Shown: positions 1 through 12,258 of the stretch, in pieces
Numbering within the stretch: position 1 is the stretch's first letter
How the letters are laid out: every line of letters begins with the position of its first letter
NCBI RefSeq assembly: GCF_001447785.1
Contig: NW_015177020.1
Coordinates: 272,365-336,364 of the forward strand
Source: Gekko japonicus
Lineage: Eukaryota
Length of the DNA stretch: 64,000 bases
Direction of reading: 5' to 3'
Program-made: the position numbers and the translations under genes
The notes under the pieces: generated by a model
Database searches by the model: none
The model's input: only the letters and a program-made list of their open reading frames with translations
What the model was told of the DNA's origin: nothing

Positions 1-140
1 ATCACGCCAGGCCTTCTGGTCTTCTGCCGTCCTCTGAAGTTTGCTCAACTTCATGTTTGTTGCATCTATGACACTGTCTAACCATCTCATCCTTTGCCGT
101 CCCCGTCTACTTTGACCTTCAATCTTTCCCAGCATCAGGA
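1..140 (-). mobile_element. RTE/BovB LINE 3' fragment
   Basis: Reverse complement matches the 3' coding end of the BovB copy at about 57175-57310. Confidence 0.85.
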
Positions 141-364
141 TTACCTTAGCAATCACAAAATACATTTCAGTCCCTTTAGCCCTTGTGTCCAAAAAATAAG
201 GACTAAGTATTTTCCGCTGCTCAAGATTTATGAATCAATGAGCTTTCTAAGGGAATAAAAGGAAGTAAGGCTGAAAATAATTGCATTCGAGATTGCACAC
301 TTGAATATATGGCACTACCTTCTACCAGGCCAGATCATTGGTCTAGCAAAGTTAGCATTGGAAC

Positions 365-505
365 AAAGTCCGAGTCCAGTGGCACCTTTAAGACCAACAA
401 AGTTTAATTCTGGGTATATGCTTTCATATGCATCTGATGAAGTGTGCATGCACATGAAAGCTTATGCCCAGAATTATACTTTGTCAGTCTTAAAGGTGGC
501 ACTCA
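365..505. mobile_element. Palindromic Penelope-derived element
   Basis: Inverted arms GCACCTTTAAGAC...GTCTTAAAGGTG around a CTGATGA...GAAA core. Confidence 0.6.
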
Positions 506-1338
506 GGCCCATAGCCAGAATTTTGTGGCTTGTGGGGCAAATGTTTTCCTTGTGGGGCTGCAACTATTTGTCATTTTTCTGTCTGTACCCAAGGGGCAGG
601 GCTCTCAGCCTCTCAAGCCATGAAAGACCAGCAGCAACCGTGGTACCACAACTACAGGCCAGGCTATAGTACTGAAAACTCCAGAAGAAAGACGGGGAGG
701 GCACAGAGAAAGGGTAAGTGATGTGCAACTGAAGCCGATGCAAGTATCTACTTAGAACTCAAGGAGTTCCTCCCCGAGCAAACGCGGCCAGGCTCGCCAA
801 ACCGTGGAGCCCAATCCTGTGCCGCTTGAGCCAGACATTCCCTCCTCCTGAAATGGGGCTTGCTTCCCAGAAAGCGCACACAGGATCGCAACCTTCTGTT
901 TGCAAAGTTGGACTGCAAAGTTGGATTCCGTCCCCCTCCCCCCTTTTTGTTCACAGCAGCCATCTGGGGTAAGCACAGCAGACCCCCCTGTAAAAAGAAC
1001 TGCAAGTCTGTAAAAAGCCTGTAAAAAGAACTTTTCTAACCTAAATGAGCTCAGCTAGAGGGTGGGTGGGTGGGTGCTGCCACTGGATTCAAACTTTGTT
1101 CTATTGCTTCAGACCAAGATGGCTCCCCACCTGAAAGTGAGCACTGCCTACTCTTACTGGCAGCAGCTGTCCAAGGTCTCAGGAAGAGATTCTTTATATC
1201 ATCTATGCAGTCCTGGAAGACCCTGGGAGCTTCTTAATGCAAAGCAGAGACTCAACCACTGAGTTACAGCCCCTTTTACATGTGTAATAAAAAACATTTC
1301 CTGGAAAAAACAAGCTGGACACAAGATGTTAAGTCACA

Positions 1339-1344
1339 TTTATT
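1339..1344 (-). terminator. Candidate UBL5 polyadenylation signal AATAAA (second candidate at 1395-1400)
   Basis: TTTATT on the plus strand about 200 nt past the UBL5 stop. Confidence 0.5.
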
Positions 1345-1536
1345 ATAAACATCCATATATATTTAAAAAAAACAAGGAAAAACTGGTTTTCTGGTTTATT
1401 GCCATCAGAGCTAAAACACTTGCTAACCAGATCTCAGATCCCAAGAAATCAATGATGAGGATGAATTAAAAAATAAAACAACAAAAAAGAGTAATAGAAA
1501 AAGGTAGCATCTGCCTTACAAAAGTTTCAGCGCGTG

Positions 1537-1580
1537 CTACTGATAATATAACTCCAGGTTCATGCCGTCGTGAATTTCAT
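1537..1580 (-). CDS. UBL5: UBL5 last coding exon (Y)EIHDGMNLELYYQ*
   Basis: Minus-strand translation gives the UBL5/Hub1 C-terminus with its di-tyrosine end. Acceptor AG at 1582-1581; U12 branch point TTTTCCTTAAC at 1604-1594. Confidence 0.97.
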
Positions 1581-1771
1581 CTGAAAGGAAGCAGTTAAGG
1601 AAAATGCCCCCTGGAAATAGTCAGGTATAATGGCCACGGAAAGGGTAGGGTGTGTGTGTTTGGAAGGGTCTTACTGTAATGGCAGAATGATAATCATTTG
1701 GGCTTCAAATTAAATATCTGTCTGCTTGTGAAACTACTTCGTAGGGAGTCGAAATATTGATTCCTCTAGAT

Positions 1772-2107
1772 CAGCAGTCCCCAGCCTTTTAGCCTGTCGG
1801 CATCTTTGGAATCCTGACAGGCACGGTAGGCGCAACCACAAAATGGCTGCCACAAAATGACTACTGCAGAAGGCGCAAGCCAGCCACAAAATGATTGCCA
1901 CAGTCACACAGTGAAGATTTTTGTCCTGTGGTGGCAGCGGCCGCCGCCAAAGCAACATTTTAGAAAATTCTGCACCACCAATGGCCAATCAGAAGCCTTG
2001 CTGGGCAAAAGCCACACCTGTATCCACCCACCTTTGAAAAACACTTGGCGGGCATCAGGAAAGGGCAGGCACCCTAGCACCTACGGGCACCAATTTGGGG
2101 ATCCCCG
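1772..2107. mobile_element. hAT/Charlie-type MITE
   Basis: CAG..TCCCCA TIRs; perfect 8-bp TSD CTCTAGAT. Confidence 0.85.
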
Positions 2108-2324
2108 CTCTAGATCTTTATGGTCTGTTCTGGCAGCACTTTTCTAAGACTTCAGGCAGAGAAAGGTCTTTCCCTACCACTGTTACATGAGACCTTCATG
2201 ACTTGGCACTGGCCCACTTATTTTTCCCAGCTGCAGTAATGGGAATGAATTGCATTGCACTGCCCACTTTAAATATTTTAAATTTTAAATGGGTTTTATC
2301 GCATTATTTTATTGTATTAACTAT

Positions 2325-3034
2325 GGCCCCGGTCACACGGGCAGGAAAATGCGGGGGGGGGGGCTGTTTGCCCCGGAGCAAAATAGCGCACGGCTGCGCG
2401 ATCAGACGTCCCGTAGAGGTCCCGTGGTTACGGGGGAGGTGCCGATCACAGGACAATCCTGCGGTGCGGCAAAGAAGCGGGCTCCCTAGCAAAAGGCTCC
2501 GCGGGTTTAACCCCTTCCAGGGCTGCAGAGGAATGCAACGTGTCCTCCGGTCCCCTCCAGGAGGAGCTTCAGCCGGGCTGCCCTCCCACCATGCCCCCCC
2601 CTTGCACCTCCCCCTCTGCCGCCCAGTGCAGAGAGTTCCTCTCGAGCAGGCCGAGCCAGGAGTGGGGGGGGGTACGGAAAAGAGGAGAGGGCTGTGTTGT
2701 TTGTTTTTAAATGAAGTGTGCGCATGCATCGTTGGGTGCTTGTGCGCATCCCGTGGAGACTTGGGGGAAAAAAACCTTTTAGCGACGGGACATGGGCGGG
2801 CGCCGGATGCCACGACCTACCACCGGAAACGCGATCAGGCGCCCGCCCTTGCCCCGCGGTTTCTGGAAACTAGTACCTTGGAGGTACCAGTTTTTTACCC
2901 CGCATCTTCGGTGGGGAGCCTCGGGTTCGCCACGGGAGCTCTACGCTTCCCAGATGTGGCGCTATGATCGTGCCCGGAAAATCCGCCTATCTTCCATCTC
3001 TGTAGCGTGGCTAATGCTCTGTGTGACCACAGCC
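2325..3034. mobile_element. CpG-rich PIF/Harbinger-like non-autonomous element
   Basis: TIRs GGCCCCGGTCACACG / GGCTGTGGTCACAC; homologous inverted copy at 31510-32002. Confidence 0.7.
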
Positions 3035-3255
3035 TTAGATTGTTTGCATTTATTGTTGTGATCCACCCTGAGCCGTTCACGGGAAGGGTGGGATATAAAT
3101 TGAAACAATAAATAAAATAAAACACCTCGCCTAAGAGTGGCCAAAGCTGCTGAATTCCCTCCCCCCTTACAGCCCCATTTCAAATGGCTGCCCCTCGCCT
3201 CTTCCCCACCACCTCGCCACTTTACTGCCATCCCATCCAGCTTGTTTAAGGATAC

Positions 3256-3293
3256 AGTCTGCCAGCGACACGTGGTCCTTGAAGATTGTGTAC
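3256..3293 (-). CDS. UBL5: UBL5 coding exon 3 (W)YTIFKDHVSLAD(Y)
   Basis: 38-nt exon with TAG acceptor and U12 consensus donor GTATCCTTAA. Phases join both neighbours. Confidence 0.97.
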
Positions 3294-3833
3294 CTACAAC
3301 GTTGTAAAAAACACGAGTCAGCCGAAATTTGGCACACGGTTCAGTAAAAAAGGCGACACAATGACGACGGCATTAAAGCACTTTCAACTACCTTGGCGGT
3401 TGCAAGAATGTCCAACAGAAAGGGAGGATGATTTTCTTAGGGATATTAAAACTAATTATTTATTTATTTATTACATTCGATTTATTAACCGCCCTTCCCT
3501 GCTTACGCGGGGCTCAAGGCAGTTTACAACAGTTAATTCAGTGTATTATCAAATCAGTTAAAACTATAAGATCCCAATATTAAAACATTCAGAAACATTT
3601 AAACAAGCAGTGACTGCCGCCCTCTGGTTTATAATCATGCGTGGCAACCCAATGAACGCTCACAACATGGAGTCACCAGGATCCTGTGATAGTCAAAGCA
3701 TGTCCTGTATCACTAAACTATGGGAGATTAGAATTTACGGAACTACCTTTGGGTCCTCCCTGGTGTTTGAGATTCTGCCTTGAGCCAAGGATTGCCGTGT
3801 TTCAAGGAAGGTCCTTCTCTCCCCTCTACTCAC

Positions 3834-3917
3834 CATTTCTTTAACACGATCTTGTCCCACCGAGTGCCTGTCTGGGCGGCGATGAGTTTTTTCAGGTCCC
3901 GAATGGTGTCATCGGGG
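3834..3917 (-). CDS. UBL5: UBL5 coding exon 2 (N)[27 protein letters not shown](W)
   Basis: 84-nt exon. CAG acceptor preceded by U12 branch point TTTCCTTAAC (3943-3934); donor GTGAGT (U2-type). Confidence 0.97.
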
Positions 3918-5104
3918 CTGAGCAGTGGTACCGGTTAAGGAAACGTGTCCCAAAGGGGACCCTATATTTCTTACAGCCAACCAAGATGTCATTGCCTCCC
4001 CAAAACACCTCTGTGGTGCCATCTCTCTTCCCCCCCCTTCACTCTCCAACGTCCTCCGTGAAGACTTCAGCTTAATCCAGACATTCTCAAACTGTGGTCC
4101 ACAACTGAAAGTGGGTTGTGCTGCTCTCACAAAGGCTCAAACAATTGAGATGTGACAGAAGGCTCGGGGGGGGGGGAGCCTTTTCCCAGCACTAGGAAAA
4201 GAAGAGGGGCCCACATTCCCTTCTCTCCTACTTTGTGCTCTCACAGCTTGCCTGAGTCGGCTGTGAGAGCAGGAAGACCCAGTGAGGCCACCCGCTGCCC
4301 TGCCAGAAACCAGGGGTGGGGGGTAAGGGAGCACCCAGGGTCTTGGTGGAGGTCAGCGGTGGGGCGGGCATCATCCATGGGGGGCATCGCCCCCAAAGGC
4401 CCCCTGTGCAGGATATGGCCCTGCTTCCCACCGATGTATCATCAGGTCATTCTTGCAATCCTACCAGAGGGTCATAGGATACCCCACACATACACAGAGA
4501 ACAGTATGATGGATGTGTCAACCCTATGGAGAAGTCTCAACACTTAAAAAAAAACCCTCTGGAATTGCATGGTGATTTCTCTTATACTTACGGCTGCCAA
4601 CTCCGTGTTGGGAAATTCCTGAATATTTGGGAGTAGAGCTTGGGGAGGGCAGGGTTTAGGTACAGGAGTGATCTCAACAGGTTATAATGCTACAAAGCCC
4701 CCCCCACCCAGCAGCCATTTCCTCCAGGAGAACTGATATCTCTCATCTGGAGATCAGTTGTAATTCCGTGAGATCTACAGGCCCCATCTGGAGGTTGGCA
4801 ACTTTACCTATTCTATTCATCTCTCAAATGGCTGTTCATTAAAATCTATGATGCCCAATGGAAAAATCTGTGGATAGATGTGGACAGATCTATGGAAAGA
4901 CTGTTGCCTTTTGCCCCCTCAGAAATGCATTCCTCTGGCTCTCCTCTCCTCCCAGGTGAACAATACCCACTGGAAATGCCTCCCCCAGTCAGCTACCCTT
5001 TCTCAAGTGCCAGAAGCCCCACAGATCAATTATAACAGCTGGACATCAGGCAGGCTGACACCTCTCCTGGGTGGACAGAAGCTGCACTCCAGCAGGGTGG
5101 ATAC

Positions 5105-5160
5105 TTGCACTTCACGCGCACTTTCTTGCCCAGCCGATCATTGCAAACGACTTCGATCAT
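5105..5160 (-). CDS. UBL5: UBL5 first coding exon MIEVVCNDRLGKKVRVKC(N)
   Basis: ATG at 5160; matches the UBL5 N-terminus; donor GTATCCAC. Exons total 56+84+38+44=222 nt, i.e. 73 aa plus stop. Confidence 0.97.
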
Positions 5161-5456
5161 CCCGATCTAACGTCCAACACCGACTCAGACGCAAGAGGCT
5201 GTGATGAATGGGACCTCTGGCCTCCCCCACACTGGAGGTGCTGTTGAGACAGAGGAACAGGAAGAGAAACAGATTTTTGTGACTCCGGGGCATAGGAAGG
5301 CTTGCAACTGGAACTTTTGGGGCACCAGCAGGGGTTCTACCTATTTAAGAGCTCTACAGAAGCCAGGAGTTCCACTCAATAGAATTTTCTCTTTATGGGG
5401 AGAATGGAAGTTGCTTTACTTACAAGGTCTCAAAGGGAGCTAGATGGAATTACTGC

Positions 5457-5662
5457 CAGTGTTCCCGCTAAGCTGTGGAGTCCTGTGAGCAAAAACTCTA
5501 CTTTGTGAGCTACTGGCATCAAAGTTGTGACCAAGTGATTTGGCTACTGCATAAATTAGTTTGCTCTGGAGCCCTCCTTCCTGAGCTAAGAGAAAAATGT
5601 CTGAGCTGGAGGCTAAAAAACTGTGAGCTAGCTCACACCAGCTCAGCTTAGAGGGAACACTG
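5457..5662. mobile_element. hAT MITE (CAGTGTTCCCTCTAAG family)
   Basis: Same family as 7138-7343, 8278-8483, 33095-33300, 43772-43978 and 58668-58831. Confidence 0.85.
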
Positions 5663-7137
5663 ACCGCCCCCCTACCTCAAGACTACATAATTAATTTAAA
5701 ATTGTTGCCATGCTCTATGATTTTATCTTTTTTAAAGATTTTGGAAGCTGCCTCAAGCCGGTTCTTCGGAAAGGTGGCAAATTCCCTTTCAGATCAATCA
5801 AACACAGTTTGATCACTCCTTAATTGCTGTCAATTTGGCTGGCAACGTAACAGCAAAAAAGCCAGGATGCATGCACTGCATCCATAAGTATGTGACAGTT
5901 TGAAACCGCACCAGCCGCTAGGAACAGAACACTGGATTGTTAAACCCAAATTCATTTCTAAAAGCACTTGCAGGAGGCACCCTGGACAGCTTTAGTGGAG
6001 CGGTGGCTTGAGCACTGGACTTGTCTCTGGGACACCTGAATGCAAATCCCAACGCGACCACGTGGCGTGACCCTAAAGGAAGTTTCAGAGAGTGAGACTT
6101 AGACCAGAGACCAATTGTCATTTGCAAATAAGCAAGTTTGGGATTACTGCCACAGGGTGTGGCCTTCTCTGAAAGAGTGCATGTAATACTAGACTGTTGC
6201 AGAGACAGACAGAAGCGAAAGGACTGCATCGTTTTACAAGCAGCACCAACCTCGTGTGTGGCTGTATTGCTCCCCACCCCACCCCGGGGAACAATTCAAA
6301 AATGAAAAACAGCATTTGGGTACTTGTAACATATCTGTTCAAATATCTAGCTAGCTAATCAATCAAACCATATTGCCAAAGGCCATTGCAAGACAAGTTA
6401 AAATCATCGTTAAAAACCAGGAACTTCAGATTTAGATATTTTACCCTGCTCTTCCTCTCAATGAGGCCCCAAAGTGGCTTTCAACTTCATTTTCCATTCC
6501 TCTCAACAATCACCCTGTGAAGTAGGAGATGCTGAGAGAGGGTGTCTTGGCCAAGGTGACCCAGCAGGCTCCCATGGCAGAGTGAGGATTCGAACCTGGG
6601 CCTCCCAGATCCCAATCCAACACTGTAACTGCTACACCGACGCTGGATCTCATACAAGCACTGTTGCTAACATTGCCCACTGATGCACAGCGTTCACTTG
6701 CAGCATCACAGCCTGTCCTGAAACAGATTCTGAAGGAGCAGCAGTCGTAAACAGATTGTGACAGTCTGCTGTTTTTTAAAACAAAAATTAATCCTGCAAG
6801 AGATCGGGGTAATTTACAAAAAACCTCCACCCACATTCAGCAGAGTATCCGATCAAGATGAGGCACCCCAGCACCTTTCAGACAACATGACGGTTTTAAC
6901 ATATGCGCTGCCCCCCAAGGGTTTCAGTCCCTACCCAAAGGCATAACGAATAAAATGACAACATAATGTTCAGGGAGGAGACGCACATGAAGCTGACCTA
7001 TACAAAATAAAACCACTGGTCTATCAGGACCCCGAACAATGTGTATGTGCGTGTGTATACACCCACATAGAAGCACGCACATATTCTTTAAAATCAGGAC
7101 GAGGGAGAAAAGGAGAACCGGGGAAGGGGGTGGGGGG

Positions 7138-7343
7138 CAGTGTTCCCTCCAAGCTGAGTTAGTGTGAGCTAGCTCACAGTTTTTTAGCCTCCGGCTCACA
7201 CATTTTCGCCTTCGCTCAGGAAGGAGGGCTCCAGAGCAAACTAATTGATGCAGTAGCCAAATTGTTTGCTCACAACTTTAATGCCAGTAGCTCACAAAGT
7301 AGAATTTTTGCTCACAAGACTCCACAGCTTAGAGGGAACATTG
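7138..7343. mobile_element. hAT MITE (CAGTGTTCCCTCTAAG family)
   Basis: TIRs plus 8-bp TSD GTGGGGGG. Confidence 0.88.
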
Positions 7344-7559
7344 GTGGGGGGATGGAACAGGATGGGCCCCTTCAATTTCAAAAGAGCGAGACTGCTAAAT
7401 AGGGATGGACCTATTGTCTGTCTCTTTGCTTAACCGAATTCGCTTTGCCGCTTAAATTGTGACTTGTAAGCCTCTTTGAGCCACAAGGGGGGGGGGAAGC
7501 GAGATGTAAACGGTGCAAGCAAAATAAGCCCCCTCCCGCCCTCCAGACCAAAGGAACCC

Positions 7560-7855
7560 CCAGCAAACAGGGGCATCAGCCAATCCGGATTGAACCAGGC
7601 GTGGGCCCCCTCGCCTCCCTAGCGGCAGCCGCCACCTACCCCTACCAAGGGCGCTGCCTCAAGGAAAACGGCCCCGAAACGCCTTCGTTTCCACCCAGGT
7701 TCAGGAGCCAGGACGGGAGGAGAACGGCGCAGAAGCGGAAGTGGCGCGTGACGCCGGAAGCGGAAGTCTTTGATCTCATAGCAACAGACTGTCACTCCGT
7801 CGGCGGTACAACCGAAGAGCTCCCTTCGCCGAGCGGGAGGAATAAGCGCGGGGGG
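7560..7855. promoter_or_regulatory. CpG-rich bidirectional promoter of UBL5/FBXL12
   Basis: CpG-dense stretch between divergent genes. ETS/GABP motifs CGGAAGTG (7736-7743) and CCGGAAGCGGAAGT (7754-7767); CCAAT near 7580. Confidence 0.8.
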
Positions 7856-7947
7856 ATGGAGGCTCCATCTCTCTCCGCGCTCCCGGACTCGATTCTGCTT
7901 CAGATTCTGGAGTTACTGCCGCCCCGTGACCGGCTGGGCGGAGCCAG
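7856..7947 (+). CDS. FBXL12: FBXL12 exon 1, F-box N-terminal part MEAPSLSALPDSILLQILELLPPRDRLGGA(R)
   Basis: F-box motif LPxxILLxIL; donor AG|GTGGGA; phase 2 matches exon 2. Confidence 0.92.
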
Positions 7948-7955
7948 GTGGGACT

Positions 7956-8190
7956 TAGGGTTGCCAGCTCCAGGCTGGGAAATACCTGGAGACTGGGGGG
8001 CGGGGNNNNNNNNNNNNNNNNNNNNNNGGAAGAGGGCGGGGTTGGGGGGAGGGAAAGGACCTCAGTGGGGTATAATGCCATAGAGTCCACCTTCTAAAGT
8101 GACCTTTTTTCTCCAGGGGAATTCTGTCGCCTGGAAATCAGTTGAAATACCAGGAGATCTCCAGCTACCGCCTGGAGATTGGCAAGCCTA
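7956..8190. mobile_element. hAT MITE (TAGGGTTGCC family) just inside FBXL12 intron 1
   Basis: TAGGGTTGCC...GGCAAGCCTA ends. Many relatives, e.g. 4590-4806, 22651-22868, 26391-26698, 32822-33028, 48027-48245, 55148-55393. Confidence 0.8.
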
Positions 8191-8277
8191 GACTGCTTAG
8201 GCGTCTCTTTCCTTCCATAATGCTTTGATCCTTCCTCCCTTCTACAGATCCAGAAAAAAGACGGGGTTTTTCAACAG

Positions 8278-8483
8278 CAATGTTCCCTCTAAGCTGTGGA
8301 GTCTTGTGAGCAACAATTCTACTTTGTGAGCTCCTGGCATTAAAGCTGTGAGCAAGTCATTTGGCTGCTGCACAAATTAGTTTGCTCTGGAGCCCTCCTT
8401 CCTGAGCCAAGACAAAAATATGTGAGCCGGAGGCTAAAAAACTGTGAGCTAGCTCACACTAACTCAGCTTAGAGGGAACACTG
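8278..8483. mobile_element. hAT MITE (CAGTGTTCCCTCTAAG family)
   Basis: TSD TTCAACAG/GTCAACAG. Confidence 0.85.
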
Positions 8484-10889
8484 GTCAACAGGTGTAACCA
8501 GGGTCAAAGTAACTGCCTGCCAAAGGCTGCTCCTCTTCAAATGCCGTGAATTGCAGCTTATGCGTATTTGAAACAACACAAGCTAAAGTGTATGTGGAAA
8601 AGCCACACTTTGAAATGCATCGGATTGTGTAACAGGTGCCATCCTGTGCAGTCTGTCAAATCCATATCCTGTTGATTCTCTGCCTGTCAAGCAACTGTCA
8701 AACCACATGCCTTTGTATTTGGTCCAATAAACTGTAGCTGGCTGCAGTCTCACAAAGTTTCAATGTGCAGCTGCTATTTTGGGGCATGGGGGTGGTTAAT
8801 GCGGAAGACTGCAGGTTTTGTTTTTGCAGCCCAAACTGAAGCATGTTTTCTCAGAAGTAAGCCTTGTAAGTTCAAGGGAGCTCACACCTGTGTGCACTTC
8901 AGCCTTAGTCGACACTGTTCTTGAAATGTTAATACTACATTTGCCATGATGCTTAGTACCGGGTGCATTTTTAGTGTATATTTTTCCTTTATGGTGGAAA
9001 AAGGTAGATAAACTGGTTTATTATGGCTTTTCTAATCAGTTGATACTGTCTCTGGGATATGCTCAGGCTAGATCTAAAACAAAGAATATTAGATGTTGAA
9101 TGACAGATGGATGTGAGTAGGATTAGGAACCCTGTATTTAATGTAAGTACACTTAACAAGGTAATTTTGAGACCTTACATCAAATATTTAGACATCTGTA
9201 ATCATAGAAGAATTTTTACCCTTTTAAGATAAAATGCCTTACCCTCAGCTATATTGGAGGCCAGATTTACTAGATCACTGAGGAAAAGTTGTATATGTGG
9301 GATGGGAACTGATGAAATGCTGGAACATGTAAATTTTCGATTGTAGTTTATCTCATAACGTTAGGGACATTCTGGTTAAGTCTATTGTTAACTCCTACCC
9401 AAGTCACAATAGAAGGATACTTTTGTCAATTATGCTGGCGGGGAATAATTTAAAGATGAGTAGAATGTTTGCCAAATTTGGTTGGCTGGCATACCAAACT
9501 AGGAAAGAGATAAAGAAGTACAGATAGGTCTAGATTTATTTTTAATCTTAATATTAATTTTTACCATTTCTGTATTGTTTGCTGGTCTATGACCATAATA
9601 AATTGATAGACTGATTGATATAAAAAGGGAGAATAATTTTGTGTTTTGTTGTTGTTAACTTATCTCAAGAAGTGGCATGAGTTAAAATTTAGAATCTACA
9701 TATTTTAAAAAATATCTACATATAGAAAACACACACACAAAAACGTACTGAATTCTCTAACTGTGCTGTCCTATGCAGTTATTACAGTCTAAGCCCATTG
9801 ATTTCAGTATGGCTACAGTAAAATTTACTCTATGTAGCATTGCACTGGAAGTTTAATAAATTGGGTTGGTGGATTCACTTCTAGATTGAATTTTTAGGTT
9901 TTGTGTGTGTGCCATTAACAAGTAGAGCCTCCTGAACATGGAACTCAAATCAATGTTGTCTGCAAACAGAGTTTCCAACTATCTGGAGAAAAAACATTCT
10001 GTCTTTTTAATACAGGCTTATTTATCTCCATTCCATGAAAAGCTTCAGCTGCTGATTTCTCCACATGAAACCTCTATTACCAAAATAACATTCCATTAAG
10101 ATTTTGTTAAAAGGACAGATCATTTTTGCTCAAAACAGTTGGTAGTCCTATCCACACATCTTAATAAAGGCCATCAGATGAAAAGAATGTAGGAACTTAC
10201 ATAAAGGGGAATGGAAGGCAGGTTTCCCACCAAAAAAAGTTAACTGTGCGATCCTGAGTCATACCCTTCAAATCCATTGAAGTCAGTGATGTTAAAATAG
10301 TGTAAGTCTGTTCAGGATTTCATTATCATCACTTTACAGTTAGCCTGATTAAAACTATATGCATCTCCCTCCCAAACCCTTAATCATATAATCAGTAGAA
10401 CAAATATTAAAGGCCACTTTTAGCCCATTATTACAGGACAGTTCCCAGTCACGACATTCTTATTTTATGTATTTATTTATTTCATTTGTATCCCACCCTC
10501 CCTGCTAGGCAGGCTCAGGGTAGCTTACATAATATACATAAATATATTAAAACAGCGAGGTACATTAGAAAAAATAATAATGTTAAATCCACAACATGTG
10601 CAAATAGGCACTAGCAAGATTTGTGGGAAAGCATCAACACACGCCTTAAGGCAAAGAAAACAAGGATTATTGATTCATTCTCATCAATTTACTGTCGATA
10701 AACAGTGGGCCAGTACAGTCATAACAAATGTTCCCAGCTTATCTAAAAGTTCAGCTCAATATAATAATAAATTATTCTAATTCCCAATGGTGGGGGAGGG
10801 AATTGAAAATGAATGTTTAACATGACTAAGATGCTTTACATTGACACTCACTTTTAAAGGAAGAAGTAAAAGATTTGAAAAAATTACAC

Positions 10890-11200
10890 ATGGAATGCAC
10901 TGCCACAGGAGGTGGTGGCGGCTGCAAGCATGGACGGCTTCAGGAGGGAATTAGATAAACATCTGGAGCAGAGGTCCATCAGTGGCTATTAGCCACAAGG
11001 TATAAATAGGGACTCTGGGGCAAGTGATGCTCTGTCTTCTTGGTGCTTGTGGGGGGGTCAACAGTGGGAAAGCTTCTAGTGTCCTGGCCCCACTGCTGGA
11101 CCTCCTGATGGCACCTGGTATTTTTGGCCACTGTGTGACAGAGTGTTGGACTGGGTGGGCAATTGGCCTGATCCAGCATTGGCTTCTCTTATGTTCCTAT
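10890..11200 (+). mobile_element. CR1 LINE 3' fragment
   Basis: End of ORF2 (WNALPQEVV-like) and 3' UTR ending in TTCTTATG-type repeats. Confidence 0.8.
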
Positions 11201-11523
11201 GTAGTAAAAAAAAATGGAAGAAAATTGCATTCTTGCCCAAGGTCTCCATAAGTGACAACAAATGGAACCTGAACATAGGCTCCCAGATCCTAGTCTGTCT
11301 CTAATTTCTGACCCCTTTTACTCTCAGGAACCGTATAAGATTCTATGTACCTTGCTTTCCAAGTCCATTTCCTCTTTGGGTTCTCAGCTGCACAGAATAA
11401 TTCCCATTTGTGGCTTTCCCTTCTCTGTCTGCCATGCAAACACAGCAGTCTTCTTACCAATCTCACAACCACATAGCTTGATTCATCTTCCCTACTGCAG
11501 CCCCTCTTCAGGACCCTTTCTCA

Positions 11524-12145
11524 GAGAAGAAGAGATTGGATTTATACCCCGCCCTTCTCTACCCGAAGGAGTCTCAGTGCAGTTTACAATCCCTTTCCCT
11601 TCCCCTCCCCACAAAAGACACCCTGTGAGGTAGGTGGGGCTGAGAGAGCTCTCTCGAGAACTGCCCTTGAGAGAACAGCTCTGAAAGAATTTATGATTGA
11701 CCCATGGTCACACACCAGCAGCTGCATGTGGAGAAGTGGGGAATCAAACCCGGTTCTCCCAGATTAGAGTCTGCGCTGTTAACCACTAAAAGGTAAAGTT
11801 TCCCCTTGCTCAAAACCCATTTGAATCTGACTCTAGGGGGCGGTGCTCATCTCTGTCTCCAAGCCGAAGAGCTAGCGCTGTCCAAAGACGTTTCCATGGT
11901 CATGCGGCCAGCATGACTAAACACCGAGGTGCACGGAACACTGTTACCTTCCCACTGAAGTGGTACCTATTTATCTACTTGCAATTTCTTGCTTTCAAAC
12001 TGCTAGGTTGGCAGGAGCTGGGACAGAGGCGGGAACTCACTCTGTCACACGGCACCAGGGTCTCGAACTGCTGAACGACAGAGCTTCCAGTATGCAGCTC
12101 AGCATCTTAACCTCTGAGCCACCATGGCCCTGTTAAACACTACAC
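11524..12145 (-). mobile_element. tRNA-derived SINE with a nested Sauria-type SINE (about 11790-12130)
   Basis: (TTC)n-tailed SINE interrupted by an ACCTTT-tailed SINE flanked by a GTTAA(C/A)CACTA duplication. Confidence 0.75.
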
Positions 12146-12185
12146 CATGGCCAATAAGAGCTGACCCAGTTTCTTTTTTATCCAG

Positions 12186-12258
12186 GGTCTGCAGACGCTG
12201 GCATCGCCTGGTGCGAGACAAATTACTTTGGAGGCACTTGGACCTGACTCCTTACAAG
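12186..12258 (+). CDS. FBXL12: FBXL12 exon 2 VCRRWHRLVRDKLLWRHLDLTPYK
   Basis: F-box C-terminal motif VCRRW...LW; polypyrimidine tract plus CAG acceptor; AAG|GTAAGA donor. Confidence 0.93.

Noticed and set aside
2203-2967. 254-aa ORF and overlapping ORFs
   Set aside because: Lie mostly within a GC-rich non-autonomous transposon; no transposase motif.
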